Shown: piece by piece, positions 13,601-26,945 of the stretch | How the letters are laid out: each line of letters opens with the position of its first letter | Numbering within the stretch: position 1 is the stretch's first letter | DNA from: Antedon mediterranea | Taxonomy: Eukaryota; Animalia; Echinodermata | NCBI RefSeq assembly: GCF_964355755.1 | Contig: NC_092670.1 | Span: 34,832,388-34,896,387, forward strand | Direction: 5' to 3' | Length of the DNA: 64,000 nt | Made by a program: the position numbers and the translations under genes | Notes under the pieces: model-generated | Databases searched by the model: none | What the model saw: only the letters and a program-made list of their open reading frames with translations | Told to the model about the DNA's origin: nothing

Positions 13601-16600
13601 CCATCATTTGTAATTTATGTTTAAACAATCGCAACAAATTAAAATTGTTTCACATATTTTTAAGTTGTATACAAATTTTTGTTTGAAACCTGCAAAAAGT
13701 AATAAGTTAATTTACACTACTCTGAAAAACATGGGCTTCGCTTGCAATTTTCAATTCGCTAGTTGCATCAACAGTTTTTCTTTGATTGGACAGCATCTTT
13801 TTTACCAGAGACACCATGTGGAATCTCTATCTATTCTATGCAGAAACCGCATGACCGCTCTGCGTTGGGTGTTCTAAATGGTCATGAAATAACATAGATT
13901 CTATATTTTTATTACCATTACTGCTCGTCTGTGTAAATTGGTCTTTACAGTAGAATTTATCACACTTGTCTAGTATACATTCCATAAATTAATTAATTTA
14001 TTCCAAAAACTGACAAAATATTTTACCAAAAAAAAAGATAAATCAAAAGGCTTAACATTACCATAAAAAGTTAAATCTTGTTACATTTAATGACCACCTA
14101 TTGTTTGATATTTTGAACAATTAAAAACCATATATTTAGCACATTTGTTAAGTGTACATTTCATAAATTAATTAAATTTATCCCAGAAACAGACGGAATA
14201 TTTCACCGCAAAAGAGGTAAATCAAAAGGCTTTAATATTTAATACCATAAAAAGTTTAATCTTGTTATATTTAATGATCACCTATATTGTGTGATATTTT
14301 TTAATAATTAAAAAAAATATATATATCAAACATTTTACTGTCGTTAAAATGAATTTGTAACATATTTTTTAGTAGAAAATTATTTATATTTTTATAATTC
14401 TTCTTTTACGACCTAATAACTCGTAGATAAGAAAATTTGTTTTTGTTGTAAGGGCGTGGGAACTCATTCATATTTGCTCGGTGTGTAACATCATGTCATT
14501 TTTTATGGACAATTACCTTTGTTTAACATTCATATATCTTATGGTTTAATAGGTTAACACCATCTTACTTTGTTAACAGTCATTTTATTTCTTCACCCCC
14601 CATTGTTAAGATTTTGTTTTTGAGGTCACATTATTTTTGTGTACCTGGCAATAAAATAATTAAATGGTCTTTGTCTGCTTCCTTTTGTTTGTAAAGTATT
14701 TTGATGTTTGTATTCGGGAAGTTAAAAAAAAATTAATGGTAGAAATCAATCAATCATTTCAGCCTAAAGCTACTTTCACATCCCGCGCCCCTAGAAAAAT
14801 ATCGTGAGCGTTGAGCATGCTTTCACATCGAGCACGAATTTGTTTATCAGTTGTCAAGCGAGGTCATTCATGCTCACTGCTGATTGGACAAAAGAAAAAA
14901 ATCGTATGATTTCAGAAAACAAATGGCTTCTTGATCCATCGCTAAGAATTCAGAGCCCGAGTCATTTAAACGAATTCAAATCTGGAGTGAATGATCCTAT
15001 GCTCGGTATTTTTCTCAGGACACCGGACCAAATCCGAGTGCGATGTTAAAGAAGCTTAAGTTATGCATAGTTATAGTAGATTTATGCTTAATGTATTTAT
15101 ACAATCTTGCAACAAAATATCTCAATATTTTAGGCTTAAGCAACTTTATGTTCTTCTTTCATATTTAATTACAGTAAATTAATATTGCAAACAAATTTTA
15201 ATTTTAACTGGGTCAGTAAAATACATTTTTACTGACCCAAATTCAATTTTGCTTGCCATCAAAAAAACAAAATTTTTGTGACAAGCTACAGCAGTTACTA
15301 GGTTTGTTGTGGGTTATCTGACCATTGATTACCAACTCATTTACTGGATCAAACTCAGAATTAGATAGTGTCCTTTTGGCCCTAAAAAATATTAAATCAC
15401 TCCTTTTGAATAAATCTAATCTAATCTTTTATTAATTGCACTTGCAAGCTGAAAATTATTCATGATTGTTGTCTTTGTTTTGTTATGCTTTATATTTGCT
15501 TTTCTTTTTGAAAGGTTCGCACGCTACAAGAAATAATTTTCTTTTTGTGTAGACTTCCTGTACAACACATCAGACAGTAATATCTACCATTTACTAAAGA
15601 TATATTGTCCCCCTGAAAAAATAATGTTTTAAAATCTTTTCCGGCTGCAGTTAGCATATTATTTACTTTAATGATGTATTGGGCCCAGAAAAAAAAATGT
15701 TTTACAATTTTTTTGTTGAATATGCCATTTTAATGTCACATAAACTATTCACTTTGACCAAAAAATGGATTGAAACAAAATTATTTATTTACTTAAAAAA
15801 ACTGTAATTTAAAGGAAAAAATCATCAAATCAAAAATCGGTTTTTGGTTGAATATAACTGTTTTATAATATAAGTGAAAAGTTATTTTTTAGGTTTGTTT
15901 AGGAGTGTGATTTTATTAATCTTTTTCATCTTTGAATATTCCACAATTTATCGTATTATATTTGAATCATATTAAATGTTTGAAATTGCTAAATTGTGTG
16001 TGCACTACAGTAGTTGTAAACTTTACAATACTTTATTGTTTGATTCTAATTATTCTTTGTTGCAATTGTTTTGATAGGAAGTACTAAAAGGAAATCAAAA
16101 ATAATAAAAGAGATGTTTTTAAGGAAGTTAGGAAAATAAAAATTTACTTAATATTATTATTTATTAGGTCAGTATATGAAATCATACGATTTTTGTCTAT
16201 AATAGTTGACCTTGGCAATGTTTGCATACAGAAACAATTTGAAATATAAATAATTTGATATTTAGCCGACATTGTACTGTAAAACTTTACCAAGAATTAT
16301 TGTTTGAATAGTTTGGTTATTCCATAAATAATTAAGCAGTTTTAATCTACAAATTTTGTTTCCCTTTGATATTAAAGTAATGATCACTACAAAATCTCAT
16401 AAACAGGCTAATCTTTTTTCCATCAGGGTCACCAATTGCATTCATCAATTATTAATAACTATTTATGGTAATAGCACATATTCCCTCAAAGGTTATAATA
16501 ATGGTTATGTCATACATTAAGGCCCTGTTCACACTAATGTAGTCACAGTGTTTTAACAGCATACAATGCTATGTCTATAATAAAGTCAGCGTTTTAGTGC

Positions 16601-19600
16601 ATGTATAATGTGTCTTAGAATTCTGAACCATATTACAATAGCGGAAAACACTTTATAGCTAACTTTTTAAAAATTATTATTCCCTACAAACTTCTTTGAT
16701 TTTTTTTTATAAATTGAGTTTTGAAGTCATAGCTTCAGAATCAATTCTCTTTCCATATTCCTTTTAGCTTTTAGAGTTAATGTCTTGTATTAATAATTAT
16801 TTTATCCATAGAATAAATCATAATAAGTATTTAGTTTTTAATCCAGATTTAGATATTTATAGCAACAATTTACCTATGTTTCATAGGTTACTATGTACAG
16901 TAGTTATTGAAAGGTTCGTTCTGTGTTCCCCCCTATAAATAGTGAACCTACTGTTTACGCTTGCTATTGGCTAGGAAAAGAAATTTAAATAAAAATTGTA
17001 ATAGATTTTTAAACATACAGTAGTCTATGGCAAACGTATATTTTTATTTTTTTCACTGGCACTAATTTTATTCCGCAGCTAGAACTTGCCTAGAATAATT
17101 TTTTACAAATTAGGTCCATAGTGTGAATTATATAGATAAAGTATAAACAAATACTGTACCATATGACCGTATAGTCCCAACTGGGTAAATATAAAGAGGG
17201 GTGGGATTATATTCAGGTTGCAAGTCTGTCTCAAAATATAGTTTAATTAGAGAGAGGGATTAAAATTGAGCATGGGATTATACTAGTCATATCAAGGCAA
17301 TCTAACAACAGGACACTGAGCTTGCCTTGCCAATATAGGATCTATTTGATCTTATGTCTGGCTACAATAAATACAAACAGTTGCACAGTGTCTGTTAAGG
17401 GGTGTGCAACTAACCATGTCGCAGCCACAGATAAAACCTTTGATCTCTGGAGCTCAACATCCTGTTGTTAGATTGATTGCCTTAGTCATATACAGTACGG
17501 TTATGTCCCAAATATAATGAAGTGACCATTTTAACGGTGCTTATGTTAATCATTCACAGTATTCTAAACCTTCATATGATACAGTTAATAGGTACCAAAA
17601 ACTAATTTAAAATCAAAGTTTATGAGCTTTGGTTTGTTTGCCAACATATGTACTTCTCTCAAGTATGACTTCTTGTTCGTAATTATACCATCAAATTAGA
17701 TTTTTTATTAGGAAACGTGGAGGTTATTAGTTTGAATTTTGATTTCTTTTGCAGATTGGAATGTAATGAAGAATGTGCCCTGATTGAGAGAAATAAGTAA
17801 GTGTTACCGCATGCATTAGTTTTTCTAATAAATTTGACACGTGTTAAGATGATGCGAAAATCAGTAAAAATGTTTCAATTATTTCAAATATAATCAGCAC
17901 AAAACGGAAATTGAAAATGTAAGTAATACTTAAGATGAAAGTTGTACCGAAAATATTTTAAAAGGTCAGTAGAAAAAATTAAAAGAAAATGGTAATGACT
18001 ACGTTTTTATATACTGTACTAACAACACTAGGCCCCCCCCCCCCAAAAAAAAACCCTTTATATTATTATATAGTATACAAATAATGAATGTTTTGTTTCG
18101 TGTAATGGTACAAATAATGGCATGAGGTGAATGATGAAAGGTTATATCAACTCGGCGTTGCCTCGTTGATATAACCTTTCATCATACAACAAATGCCATT
18201 ATTTGTACCATTACACGAAACAAAACATTCATTATTTGTTTTATATAACATCTAAATAAATTCCTGTCATTTGAATCAAATAAGGTAGCCCTAGCCAAGG
18301 CCTACATTTCATTCACATTGATTAAAAACAGTAACATTTGGTTTTTAATAATTTTATATTAAATGTTATATTTATATGGATTTTATAAACACACCCGGCT
18401 AATTTTGTGTTAATTATGTCAACAAACGACCAAACAATCCTAGGCCTAGCAAGGCTAAAACGTCTAGGCTAGGCCTACGTACGCAAAAATGTTTCAAAAA
18501 GTATTATTAAATGATCATTTGATAGTGCATACTATTGCTCGCCATGTGACCCACAATTGTCCAATCAAATGACAGGAATTTATTTAGGTGTTATATAATT
18601 ATATATATTATGACATAAGACATACTATTTTAGATTACTGGTCTGACTGGTAAGAGCTGTCATAGCTTAGTGGTTGACATGCTTGTCGTCTTCTTCAATC
18701 TTGATCTAGTGTCAGGGTTGTAACTCACGACTCCACTCCCTGAACCTTATAAGCATGATATTATATAATGTATAAAATAGTTTATCCATCCTGTAATTAG
18801 CGAGTTATTCACTGTTGGATGCATATAAAATAAAAAATGTAAAAAATAATTGCCAACTTCACTCAAAGAATGAGGAAATATTGTTTGAAGGTTTGCATGG
18901 CGGTACACCACATATATTAGTTCTGAAAAGAACTGTTGAGTTTCTTGACGTTTCGTTCAATGTGCTTTGATTGTCCTCAGGAGTAAGGACGATCTGAGGA
19001 CGATCAAAGCATATTGATCGAAATTTCGAGAAACTCAATAGTTCTTTTTTTAGAACTAATATATGTGGTGTATCGCAAACTTTATATCAACATCTTTAAT
19101 TGAATCTGGATTAGTCATGTTTCTAATGTTTTTTACTTCATTTTCAGACGTTTTGCACTAGCTCTTCAAATAAAGAATCCTGATTTTTCATCCAAGATCG
19201 GTCCTCCAAATTATACCGAGTTTCTCAAAGAACAAGCAAAGTAAGTGTCAAATTATTTTTCATACCCAAAAAATAATAAAAAATACCGTCATTTAACAGG
19301 AAAATTCATTGTTTCAAAAATAGTTAAATTTAAAGAAGTAGCATCTACAGAATTTAGAAACCAATGAATAAATTATTCCCAAAAAAATTACATAATTTAA
19401 ACACTATTTCTACTGACTCACAAAAGTTGTGCTCATGAAACAAACTCATTTCCAGATAGTCTGAACTGGCCCTTAAGAAGCAGTACTTCCTGTGTCTGCC
19501 TCACATTCACCTTTGACAGTCAGAATGGGTATGTCTTTATGGGAAAACAATGTTATTTTGAGACATAGAATAGCAGGATGGGTCTGTTTACTTTACATTG

Positions 19601-22600
19601 ATATTAACTGTCTGCATATCTATAATTTAGTGCGGTTTATTTAACTTTTACACTGTACTGTTCCATCAAGCATGTCTTCCTTTGTGTGTCTTGTATTAAA
19701 TGTACATTCTAACATAATAACTCAACAACACCTATAATGTAATCACCTACAGAACTTATTAATCATCTAGATAAGGATATGTTATTACATTTTTACTCAT
19801 CACATAGCAATTTAAATGCAGTCACCACTCCTATCCATGTAAGTGGTCGGGTTTTATTTTCCAGATAAAGAAGTTCATGTGGTTTTCTAGATATGAGTAT
19901 TTTATTAGGCTTTTTTTCTGGAAAAAATTATTTTTAATTGTTCAAAATTATTACATTTTTACTCATCACATAGGGCCTGTTTCTGCTGCAACTGCTCAAA
20001 ATACGGTATAAAAATACGGTATAAAATACGGTATTTTTTATACCGTATTTTTTAGTACCCCGTTTCTGCTAACAATACTTCTTGGGTGGTCGTGTTAAAT
20101 TTCATCTTTTTTACCCAAATTGCCATTCATTTATTTGATCGATAATTAAAAGTCGCAATAAAGGAAGTTTTACGTCTCACTTTCAACAGCCTAGCCCTAG
20201 TGATAGAGATGTTGTGAGAGCACAGAAAACATCGTAATGGGGACAATTAATTCGTTCCCTCCCCGAGTTATTGTATTTTGCAATGTTGTACTGCTTTCGC
20301 AGGCTCTTCAGCTTTGAGTTTACTTGCTTTGGAGACAAGTTTATTCCATACTCCTGCTTTATTTTTTTAGAAATGTCTTTATAAATGTGGTTGTCCCTTT
20401 TATTACCTTTTAGTTGGTCAGACATTTTACCTTCCCCACACACATTTATTTAGTAAAACTGTGACGTCTTCGCTCCACATTTTCGCCGAATATATCTATA
20501 CATGTGTGTAAAGCAGCTAACAGCGACAGAAAATAAAAACACGAATGGTGACCTTTTGTCATGTAAAAAAAAAATACGGTATTTTTTATTGGCAGCAGAA
20601 ACGGGTACAAAAAATACGGTATAAATTTGTAAATACCGTATTTTATCCACAAATTTTGTGGGGAAAATACGGTATACAAAATACGGTATATTTTTTATGA
20701 GCGCAGTTTCTGCTGCCAAAAATATACCGTATATATACGGTATTCAAAAAATACCGTATAATATACGGTATTTAGTTGGCAGCAGAAACAGGGCCATAGA
20801 AATTAAAATGCAGTCACCACTCCTAGGCTTGTAAAGTGGTTAGGTTTTACTTTCCAGATAAAGAAGTCCATGTGGTTTTCTAGATATGATATTTTTTGTG
20901 TTCTGAAAGAAATTCTTTATATTGTTGAAAATTCATTTTTCTGTAAACCACAGAAAACTCCTATATTTTTAGCTCCCGCCTATTCCCCCCAGTCCCATCC
21001 CGTCGTAATATCTACCATTGGTTGATTCCATTGGACCATTCATGCATCTGATTTTGTATGTAAAACCAAACAGTAAGATACCTGCGGAAAATCTATTATT
21101 CTTGTGTATGAGAATTTACAGAAGCCTATACCAAGTCGTCAACTAGATTTTGTTTCCTATTGTTTTGTTACCGAAAAAACTGTGGGATGTCGGAAAGGAG
21201 TTTTTCTATGACGACGTATCAGACTTGGTTTTGTCTATGATAACATGTTAATAATATTATTTTAACATTCAAGTTTCCTTTCTTGGTCGCTAGTAAGTGA
21301 ATGGCATTACAGTCTATCAAACAACTTATTGGTTGTTTGATAAGGATCTTTTTCCGCACCTCTTCCAACAATTGTTTATATAAGAGCTTTTAATTGTTCT
21401 ACCCTTGTAATAAAGGTGACCTAGATAAATAAGTACATTTAACAAGTTCCATAACCACGTTGTACATTGCAATGATTCTTAATATAAATTTTATAAGCAA
21501 ACAGTTTATAAAAGAGAGAGTGACTTTATAGAGGGTTCAACATTACATTTATACTTCAGTCATGTCCCATAGTGAATCATTTTCTGATCTGTGATTACAT
21601 TGAAGTTCACTATCTAGTTTAAAATTATATATATATATCTTTGGTTTTAACCCTTTCACTGCGGCGCATTATTCCCACCTCTGTGCGTAATATATATTTA
21701 AGAAAAACATATGATATTTTAATAAATTGCAAAAAAAATACTAATTGAGATAATTGTGTAATTATTTTTGTGGTGTGTGATGGGCAAAGGGTTAGTTTAC
21801 AGTTAGGTATAAAAAAAAAAGTAATTTGCATATTGATGACGTCATGTGACGTCATTACAGGTATTTTGGATTTCGATTTTTTTATCTATTAAATGATAAA
21901 AACTATATTTTCTATAAGAAATTCTTATGGAATACGTTTTTCCAACTGGATATTGATGAAGATACGTATAACAAATAAAAATATATAAAAAAAATTAAAT
22001 TATTTTTATTGTTTTATAAAAATTATGCACAAATCAAAGTTTTGGGGCAAAATCGAGAAAATAATGACAGTTTCCAATAATTCACTATAGTACAAAAACT
22101 AACTATTGTTTCAGAATTTTTTTTTTGTGTGTGTTGTGATAAACACGATGTTGCCCTATTGGGGCTGGTAAATTTGTGTTACTTTCAAAATGGCCGCCAT
22201 TACTTTCCAAGATAGAAATACTATTATATATACTATACTATATATAATTAACTATAGAGGGCGCATTTTTTTCAAGACGATAATACAACTATAAAGGGCC
22301 GTTTTTTTTTGCTGGGAAATTTTTTTAATGACTTGCAAAATTATTCAAGTTCATCGAAAGAATATAGAGGGTGCCATATATTATAGGCAAATACGATTAA
22401 ATAATTATTTTGCCCATACCTGGTATTACCGGGTATACGTATTTCAACGATGTTTGTTTATACCCGGTAGTACCGGGTATACGCAGTGAAAGGGTTAAAT
22501 AGTATAGCTTTATATTGAGTTTTTGTTTTGTTTTGCTGTTAATGTTATTTATTTCTTGCGATAAATTGTCCACTGGCAAACATTTTGCCATTCATTCCAT

Positions 22601-25600
22601 AAATTACCACACATGCTGGTAGACATACATTTGCTGACCGTTCATTTGCTGACCGTTCATTTGCTGACCGGTCATTCTCTTGCACAGATCCATCCTTATG
22701 GAATGCTCGTCCACAATCGATCAAGAATGCCAATTCTATTGACATCTTCAAACAGTTGCTGAAAACCCATCTCTTTCGCATAGTGTATGGAATAATGTAA
22801 TTTCTACCTAGTTCTGGCCTTGTGGTCGTAGCGATTTAAAGAAAATTTCGTTAGTTAGTCGCTATACAAAATACAATTATTGAGAGATTGAGCTGATAGT
22901 AAATGAATGAAACTTTTTATTGTTTTTCAGAAATCAGCCCCAGTTTGTAAGTTCAGTTGAAGAAGCAATCAAAGATGTGGTTCATTCAGCCCAACAGGTA
23001 AAGGCTTTTAATGAATATTTAATTCACTTTATGAATATTTAATTCACTTTATGAATATTTAATTCACTTCATGAATATTTAATTCACTTCATGAATATTT
23101 AATTCACTTCATGAATATTTAATTCACTTCATGAATATTTAATTCACTTCATGAATATTTAATTCACTTCATGAATATTTAATTCACTTCATGAATATTT
23201 AATTCAATTCAAAATTCAATTCAATTCAACTTTATTTCAGACAAATTTAATTCACCTTATGAATATTATATTATCGCCAATGAGCTTTAAGTTTAATTAA
23301 GTTTGGTTGAAGAAGCGTTTTCATCTTTATAATAATACATTTTAATCAAAGAAAATAATTATAGAGATTAAAGCAAAACCTTGTTTCACATGGATATATT
23401 TAATTAATTTAAATTCATGAATATTATAATGAGATGGTAATTATAAAGTTCAAATTTTTTATGTGTCAATATTATATACTTGATAATATCCTTGAGTAAT
23501 AGATATTAACTTTGTTTAAATTGGAAGTTTAGATTATACTATCGATAATAAATTGCATTTTTTAATTTAGCCTTTCATTTCATTTAAAAAATTTCCATTT
23601 CATTTCATATGAAAATACAATACAACCAATAATTAAACCTCAAAAACCAAACACAGACAGGATTCTCAAAAAGTGAATTCAATCACTATCTAGTAGGTGC
23701 CTAATTGCACTTTTCATAGGCCTATCTGTCAAAAGTGCAGCCCCAGACACTGTTCAGACAATAAACAAAAAAAGTACAACAGTAATGAACAAGATGTACA
23801 GTAATTAAATGATATTTCAATTTAAAAACTACCTGCCATTGATGGCTAGTGCTTTAAAGGGTTTCAAATTTATATTGAAATGACATTGATAATAACAACC
23901 TTATAGCTGTCTTTAATGTTGTAAGATAGGAGTTGACCGTCATTTTGTGAATATTAAGAAAAAAATAAACAAATCAATTTTACATAGGAATTAGTTTTTC
24001 TTATTACAAATATTTACCACCTTGTTTAGCGATTGTAAATCATGATCTATCTTATATTACATTATGAAAAATTTAAATGTTGTTGCAACCCTTTAGTATT
24101 GTAGTAGAGCCTTTTCCTCTATTATGCACAATGACCCATTCACAACCCCTGACCTACTTTCACATGGAAGATGAATTGATTCAAGTTAGTAAAAGAGAAA
24201 ATGCTATTTTGTAATGTAAACATTTAAAAAAATTCAACATACGAATTATCTTTTTGTTGATAACGATGACAGATTTTCAATCTTTGTAATCAAGACTTAA
24301 ACCATACTTTGGTTGGTGCTTTTAAAAAAAGCACATTATCTTAATATTTTCATCAATTTAAGAGGAAAAACAGGCTTGGTTGTTCCTACAACATCAATCA
24401 ATGTTTGCAACTAACACTTTAGTAAATTTAACACCTAGACAGATGAGAGGACTGTGGAGAAGTGTGAGTGGATATTACTGTAAATGGAGATAACTAACTG
24501 AAATATCATGCATGTTTTTTTAATCTGTCTAAATAATGTTGTACCAGGTCTTAAGGGACCATGTCAAGATTATTCTACTGCAGTACTTACGTTCTGTTTT
24601 CTCTGTAACCTGTTATTTTTTTTTTTTCAAGATACACACTGTACTTGTGTAGTCCTCAAAAACTTCTACATTAAAAAATACATACATTATTGCACAAAAA
24701 AAATACTGTTACTGTACTGCAGTAGACTATTACAGTAATCCCTTAATACAATTATGTTGTTGTTTTTTTTTAATGCCTGAATAAATGATATTGAGTAATT
24801 AAACATTAAATGTCTTCTTAATTCATGCAAAAGATGTAACCAGTGGTTTGTACTGTAATACTTGTCTTTCTTTTTAATTACAAACAGTATAAAGCAACCC
24901 ATTGGGTAAAACTTACTAAGTTGTTTAATAAAGAATATTTGCTTGTATTTTCAGTCGAAACAGCCAAAACGTAGTTACTCATTTCAACCAATGAACCGTG
25001 ACAAGCGACGCGTTGTCCATGAACTTGCAGAATTCTATGGTTGTCAAGGTCAGAGCTATGACAAGGATCCGCAACGAAGCGTTGTTGTCACTGCTTCGAA
25101 GTAAGTGTTGTAAAATCAAACATCTGTAAACTGTTATTCGAAAAGATCATGTTGTATTTCTGTGTTGATACTTGCTTATGAATTTAAATTCTGAGTGTTC
25201 ATTGGTCAAAAGATATACTGTAACCTTTATTGTCTTGATAATGTTTGAATTGAAAAAATAATTTGAAAAAAAAAAATATACTGTATGAATATTTCAAACA
25301 AAAGGAAATTGTAAACTATGTAATTTTGAATTTTCTTTCTTAGGGACACATGCTTCCTTCCCTCTGTCAGCTTGATGGATGTTGTTCAACGAGGTGCACG
25401 CAAGAAACCCCCACCACTGGCACCAACTCTCACCCATACAGATGTTGTTCAAAGCAAGTATGTTCAATTTTTTTTTTATCAATAACTATATTTACTAACA
25501 ATGTCATTGTTAATAACTTTTTTTGGTTGAGGGATTTATCATCAAAATTGTTTTATATGTGCCTAATTTTGTTAAAACATCAAGTTGAGAAAGAAGAGAA

Positions 25601-26945
25601 ATTTTAATTTTAATGGAGACAGCAAGCCAATCATGAAGTTTCATATAAATCATGGATACTTCATATCAACTCTGCAGACTTTATGTCAATTCCAGAGAAG
25701 TTAGAACAATTGCTTAAAACTGAACTATAATAATAATAATTAAGCGCCTTGAGCACCTTCAGTGGCGAAGTCGGCCTCTAGAAATCTTTGTTATTAGTAT
25801 TATTAGCATTATTAATATCTTGAACTATATTATTTTGTTACTACCATGTTCTTTATTACACTTTTGCACCATCGTCCGCATTTTTGTTTGGCGTGTTCAT
25901 TCTACCGGTTGTAAAATTTTAATCCATTTTTTCCTTGTTTACATTATCGTTGATTTGGTTTCCTTATTGGTTTCAAGAAGCGGAAAATAACGATCAATTC
26001 CCACCCATCAAATATTTTTAGTAACAACATATATCCAAATTAGAAAATCTTTCACCACCATTGATGAATTCATACTATAAATTGGTTTTTCTTTGTACGG
26101 TATTAACCATTCATTGGTTTTTCTTTATATATTTAACCACTCATTGGTTTTAATATAACCTTGCTAGTTATTATTAATTAACCCGGATTATGTCTAATAA
26201 TTAATCACAAAGTCCGGTGTTGCCATACCCTGACATGATTATATTGAATACAAAATCATAAAGGTACAGCAAAAAAAACTTATGAAATAATTGGAAAATT
26301 ATTTACAAGTATTTTCGCCTACAGTTTGTGAGAAACAGTCAGGGTGAAAATGTAATGGGGCGACCAAATGTCCTAGGGAACCAAATGTCCTAGGGAACCA
26401 AATGTCCTAGGGAAACCAGTCTAGCACCAATTGATGCACTGCAGTTGTCTTGTCAATTTTCTTTTAATGTGCCATTTTGATGTTCCATAATAGTTAGTCA
26501 CTTCGACCATAGTCAAAATGGCTACCTACCAGCCAATGGGTTTTTGGTTGAATTTAATTTTTATTGTTTTGGTTTGTTTTATAGATGAAAACATTTTTTT
26601 TTTTCTGTGGAAGTGATTATTATTATTAAAATTACAAATCTGATTAAATATTAATCTTTATTTTTGATGTTTTTGGGGGACAGACAATACATCTTTAATA
26701 ATTAATATGTTTACATTATAGCAACAGCTTTCATGCTGAACTTTTTAAGGGTTCATGTACAGAGGTTTGTCTGTTAATTGTAAAAGGGGAGTTTCCCAAA
26801 ATTATGTATCCACATTTTAATATACCCTGTTTTTCACAGGTACACACCACTTGGCTCTGCAAAGAACTTAAAATCAGCTGATGAGGTGTCAAAAAAAGAT
26901 TCAGAAAAGAAACCAGAAATTACAGATTATTTTGATATGACATAA
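4689..26945 (+). CDS. NFX1: NFX1 (NF-X1/shuttle craft family): RING/PHD-like finger, NF-X1 zinc-finger repeats, R3H domain; 17 coding exons, about 1074 aa
   Basis: Exons 4689-5676, 5930-6325, 6803-6914, 7205-7413, 7995-8212, 9016-9124, 9809-10008, 10222-10326, 11044-11166, 11517-11608, 12546-12650, 17755-17796, 19148-19240, 22931-22997, 24955-25100, 25344-25457, 26840-26945. All GT-AG, phases chain, total 3225 nt with no internal stop. YECMVCC...[10 protein letters not shown] finger, repeated CGxHxCxxxCHxGxCxPC, R3H ([12 protein letters not shown]) and C-terminal DYFD favour NFX1 over NFXL1. Probable upstream exon ends at 4045 (GAG|GTGAGA). Confidence 0.93.
6413..6680 (-). mobile_element. Degenerate tRNA-derived CORE/Deu-type SINE
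   Basis: Minus strand reads B-box GGTTCGAATCC followed by TTAGGCAAGAAACTTTACTTACATTTGCCTCTCTACACCTAGGTGTATAAAATGGGTA, a CORE-like body. A similar fragment lies at about 61065-61110. Confidence 0.6.
8231..8890. repeat. Tandem array, 115-bp unit, about 5.7 copies (NFX1 intron)
   Basis: TGCAATATA unit starts at 8231, 8346, 8461, 8576, 8691, 8805. Confidence 0.95.
10723..10938. mobile_element. Harbinger-like MITE family (TIR AGCTCTGTCTACACTATCAAA) with internal 21-bp minisatellite
   Basis: TIRs at both ends; CATATCACTACCATATTTGAG about 5-6 times. Further copies at about 35869-36025, 36057-36227, 40550-40707, 59943-60110, 60140-60272. Confidence 0.8.
14765..15059. mobile_element. MITE, Harbinger-like
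   Basis: TAAAGCTACTTTCACATC ... GATGTTAAAGAAGCTTAA imperfect TIRs. Confidence 0.5.
17293..17483. mobile_element. hAT-like MITE with 8-bp TSD
   Basis: TIRs CAAGGCAATCTAACAACAGGA / TCCTGTTGTTAGATTG(ATTG)CCTT flanked by direct repeat AGTCATAT (17285-17292, 17484-17491). Solo TIR at about 38829-38847. Confidence 0.65.
18066..18598. mobile_element. Foldback repeat with about 80-bp-arm hairpin (possibly Crypton-type non-autonomous element)
   Basis: Near-perfect palindrome 18077-18243 centred on CTCGGCGTTGCCTCG; second inverted pair TTATATAACATCTAAATAAATTCCTGTCATTTGA / TCAAATGACAGGAATTTATTTAGGTGTTATATAA. Fragments at about 27470-27528 and 29105-29157. Superfamily call is tentative. Confidence 0.55.
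18903..19075. mobile_element. Penelope-like element remnant: inverted pLTR-type arms each with a minimal hammerhead ribozyme motif
   Basis: Palindrome. Minus strand 18980-18947 reads CTGAGGA-C-AATCAAAGCACATTGAAC-GAAACGTC; plus strand 18994-19027 reads CTGAGGA-C-GATCAAAGCATATTGATC-GAAATTTC. A shorter copy of the outer arms lies at 8903-8970. Confidence 0.6.
19973..20795 (-). mobile_element. Non-autonomous PIF/Harbinger element with decayed Myb/SANT (trihelix-type) gene fragment
   Basis: TIRs GGGCCTGTTTCTGCTGC / GCAGCAGAAACAGGGCC, 3-bp ATA TSD, many subterminal AAATACGGTAT repeats. Minus strand 20480-20183 gives [10 protein letters not shown] (frameshift) [50 protein letters not shown]...CPHYD. 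Confidence 0.8.
21651..22494. mobile_element. Non-autonomous piggyBac element (844 bp)
   Basis: TTAA|CCCTTTCACTGCG ... CGCAGTGAAAGGG|TTAA: 13-bp perfect TIR, CCC/GGG termini, TTAA TSD, no transposase ORF. Confidence 0.85.
22600..22882 (+). mobile_element. 3' end of an L2/CR1-group LINE
   Basis: Plus strand translates [39 protein letters not shown], matching the typical L2 ORF2 C-terminus (RxFS..LWN.LP..FK..LKTHLF), followed by a short 3' UTR. Confidence 0.75.
23011..23206. repeat. Minisatellite, 20-bp unit x10
   Basis: ATGAATATTTAATTCACTT(T/C) repeated, starting 13 nt after an NFX1 exon end. Confidence 0.95.

Noticed and set aside
13975-14320. Local duplications of about 165-180 bp (also 28440-28780)
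   Set aside because: Ordinary two-copy AT-rich tandem duplications with no further structure.
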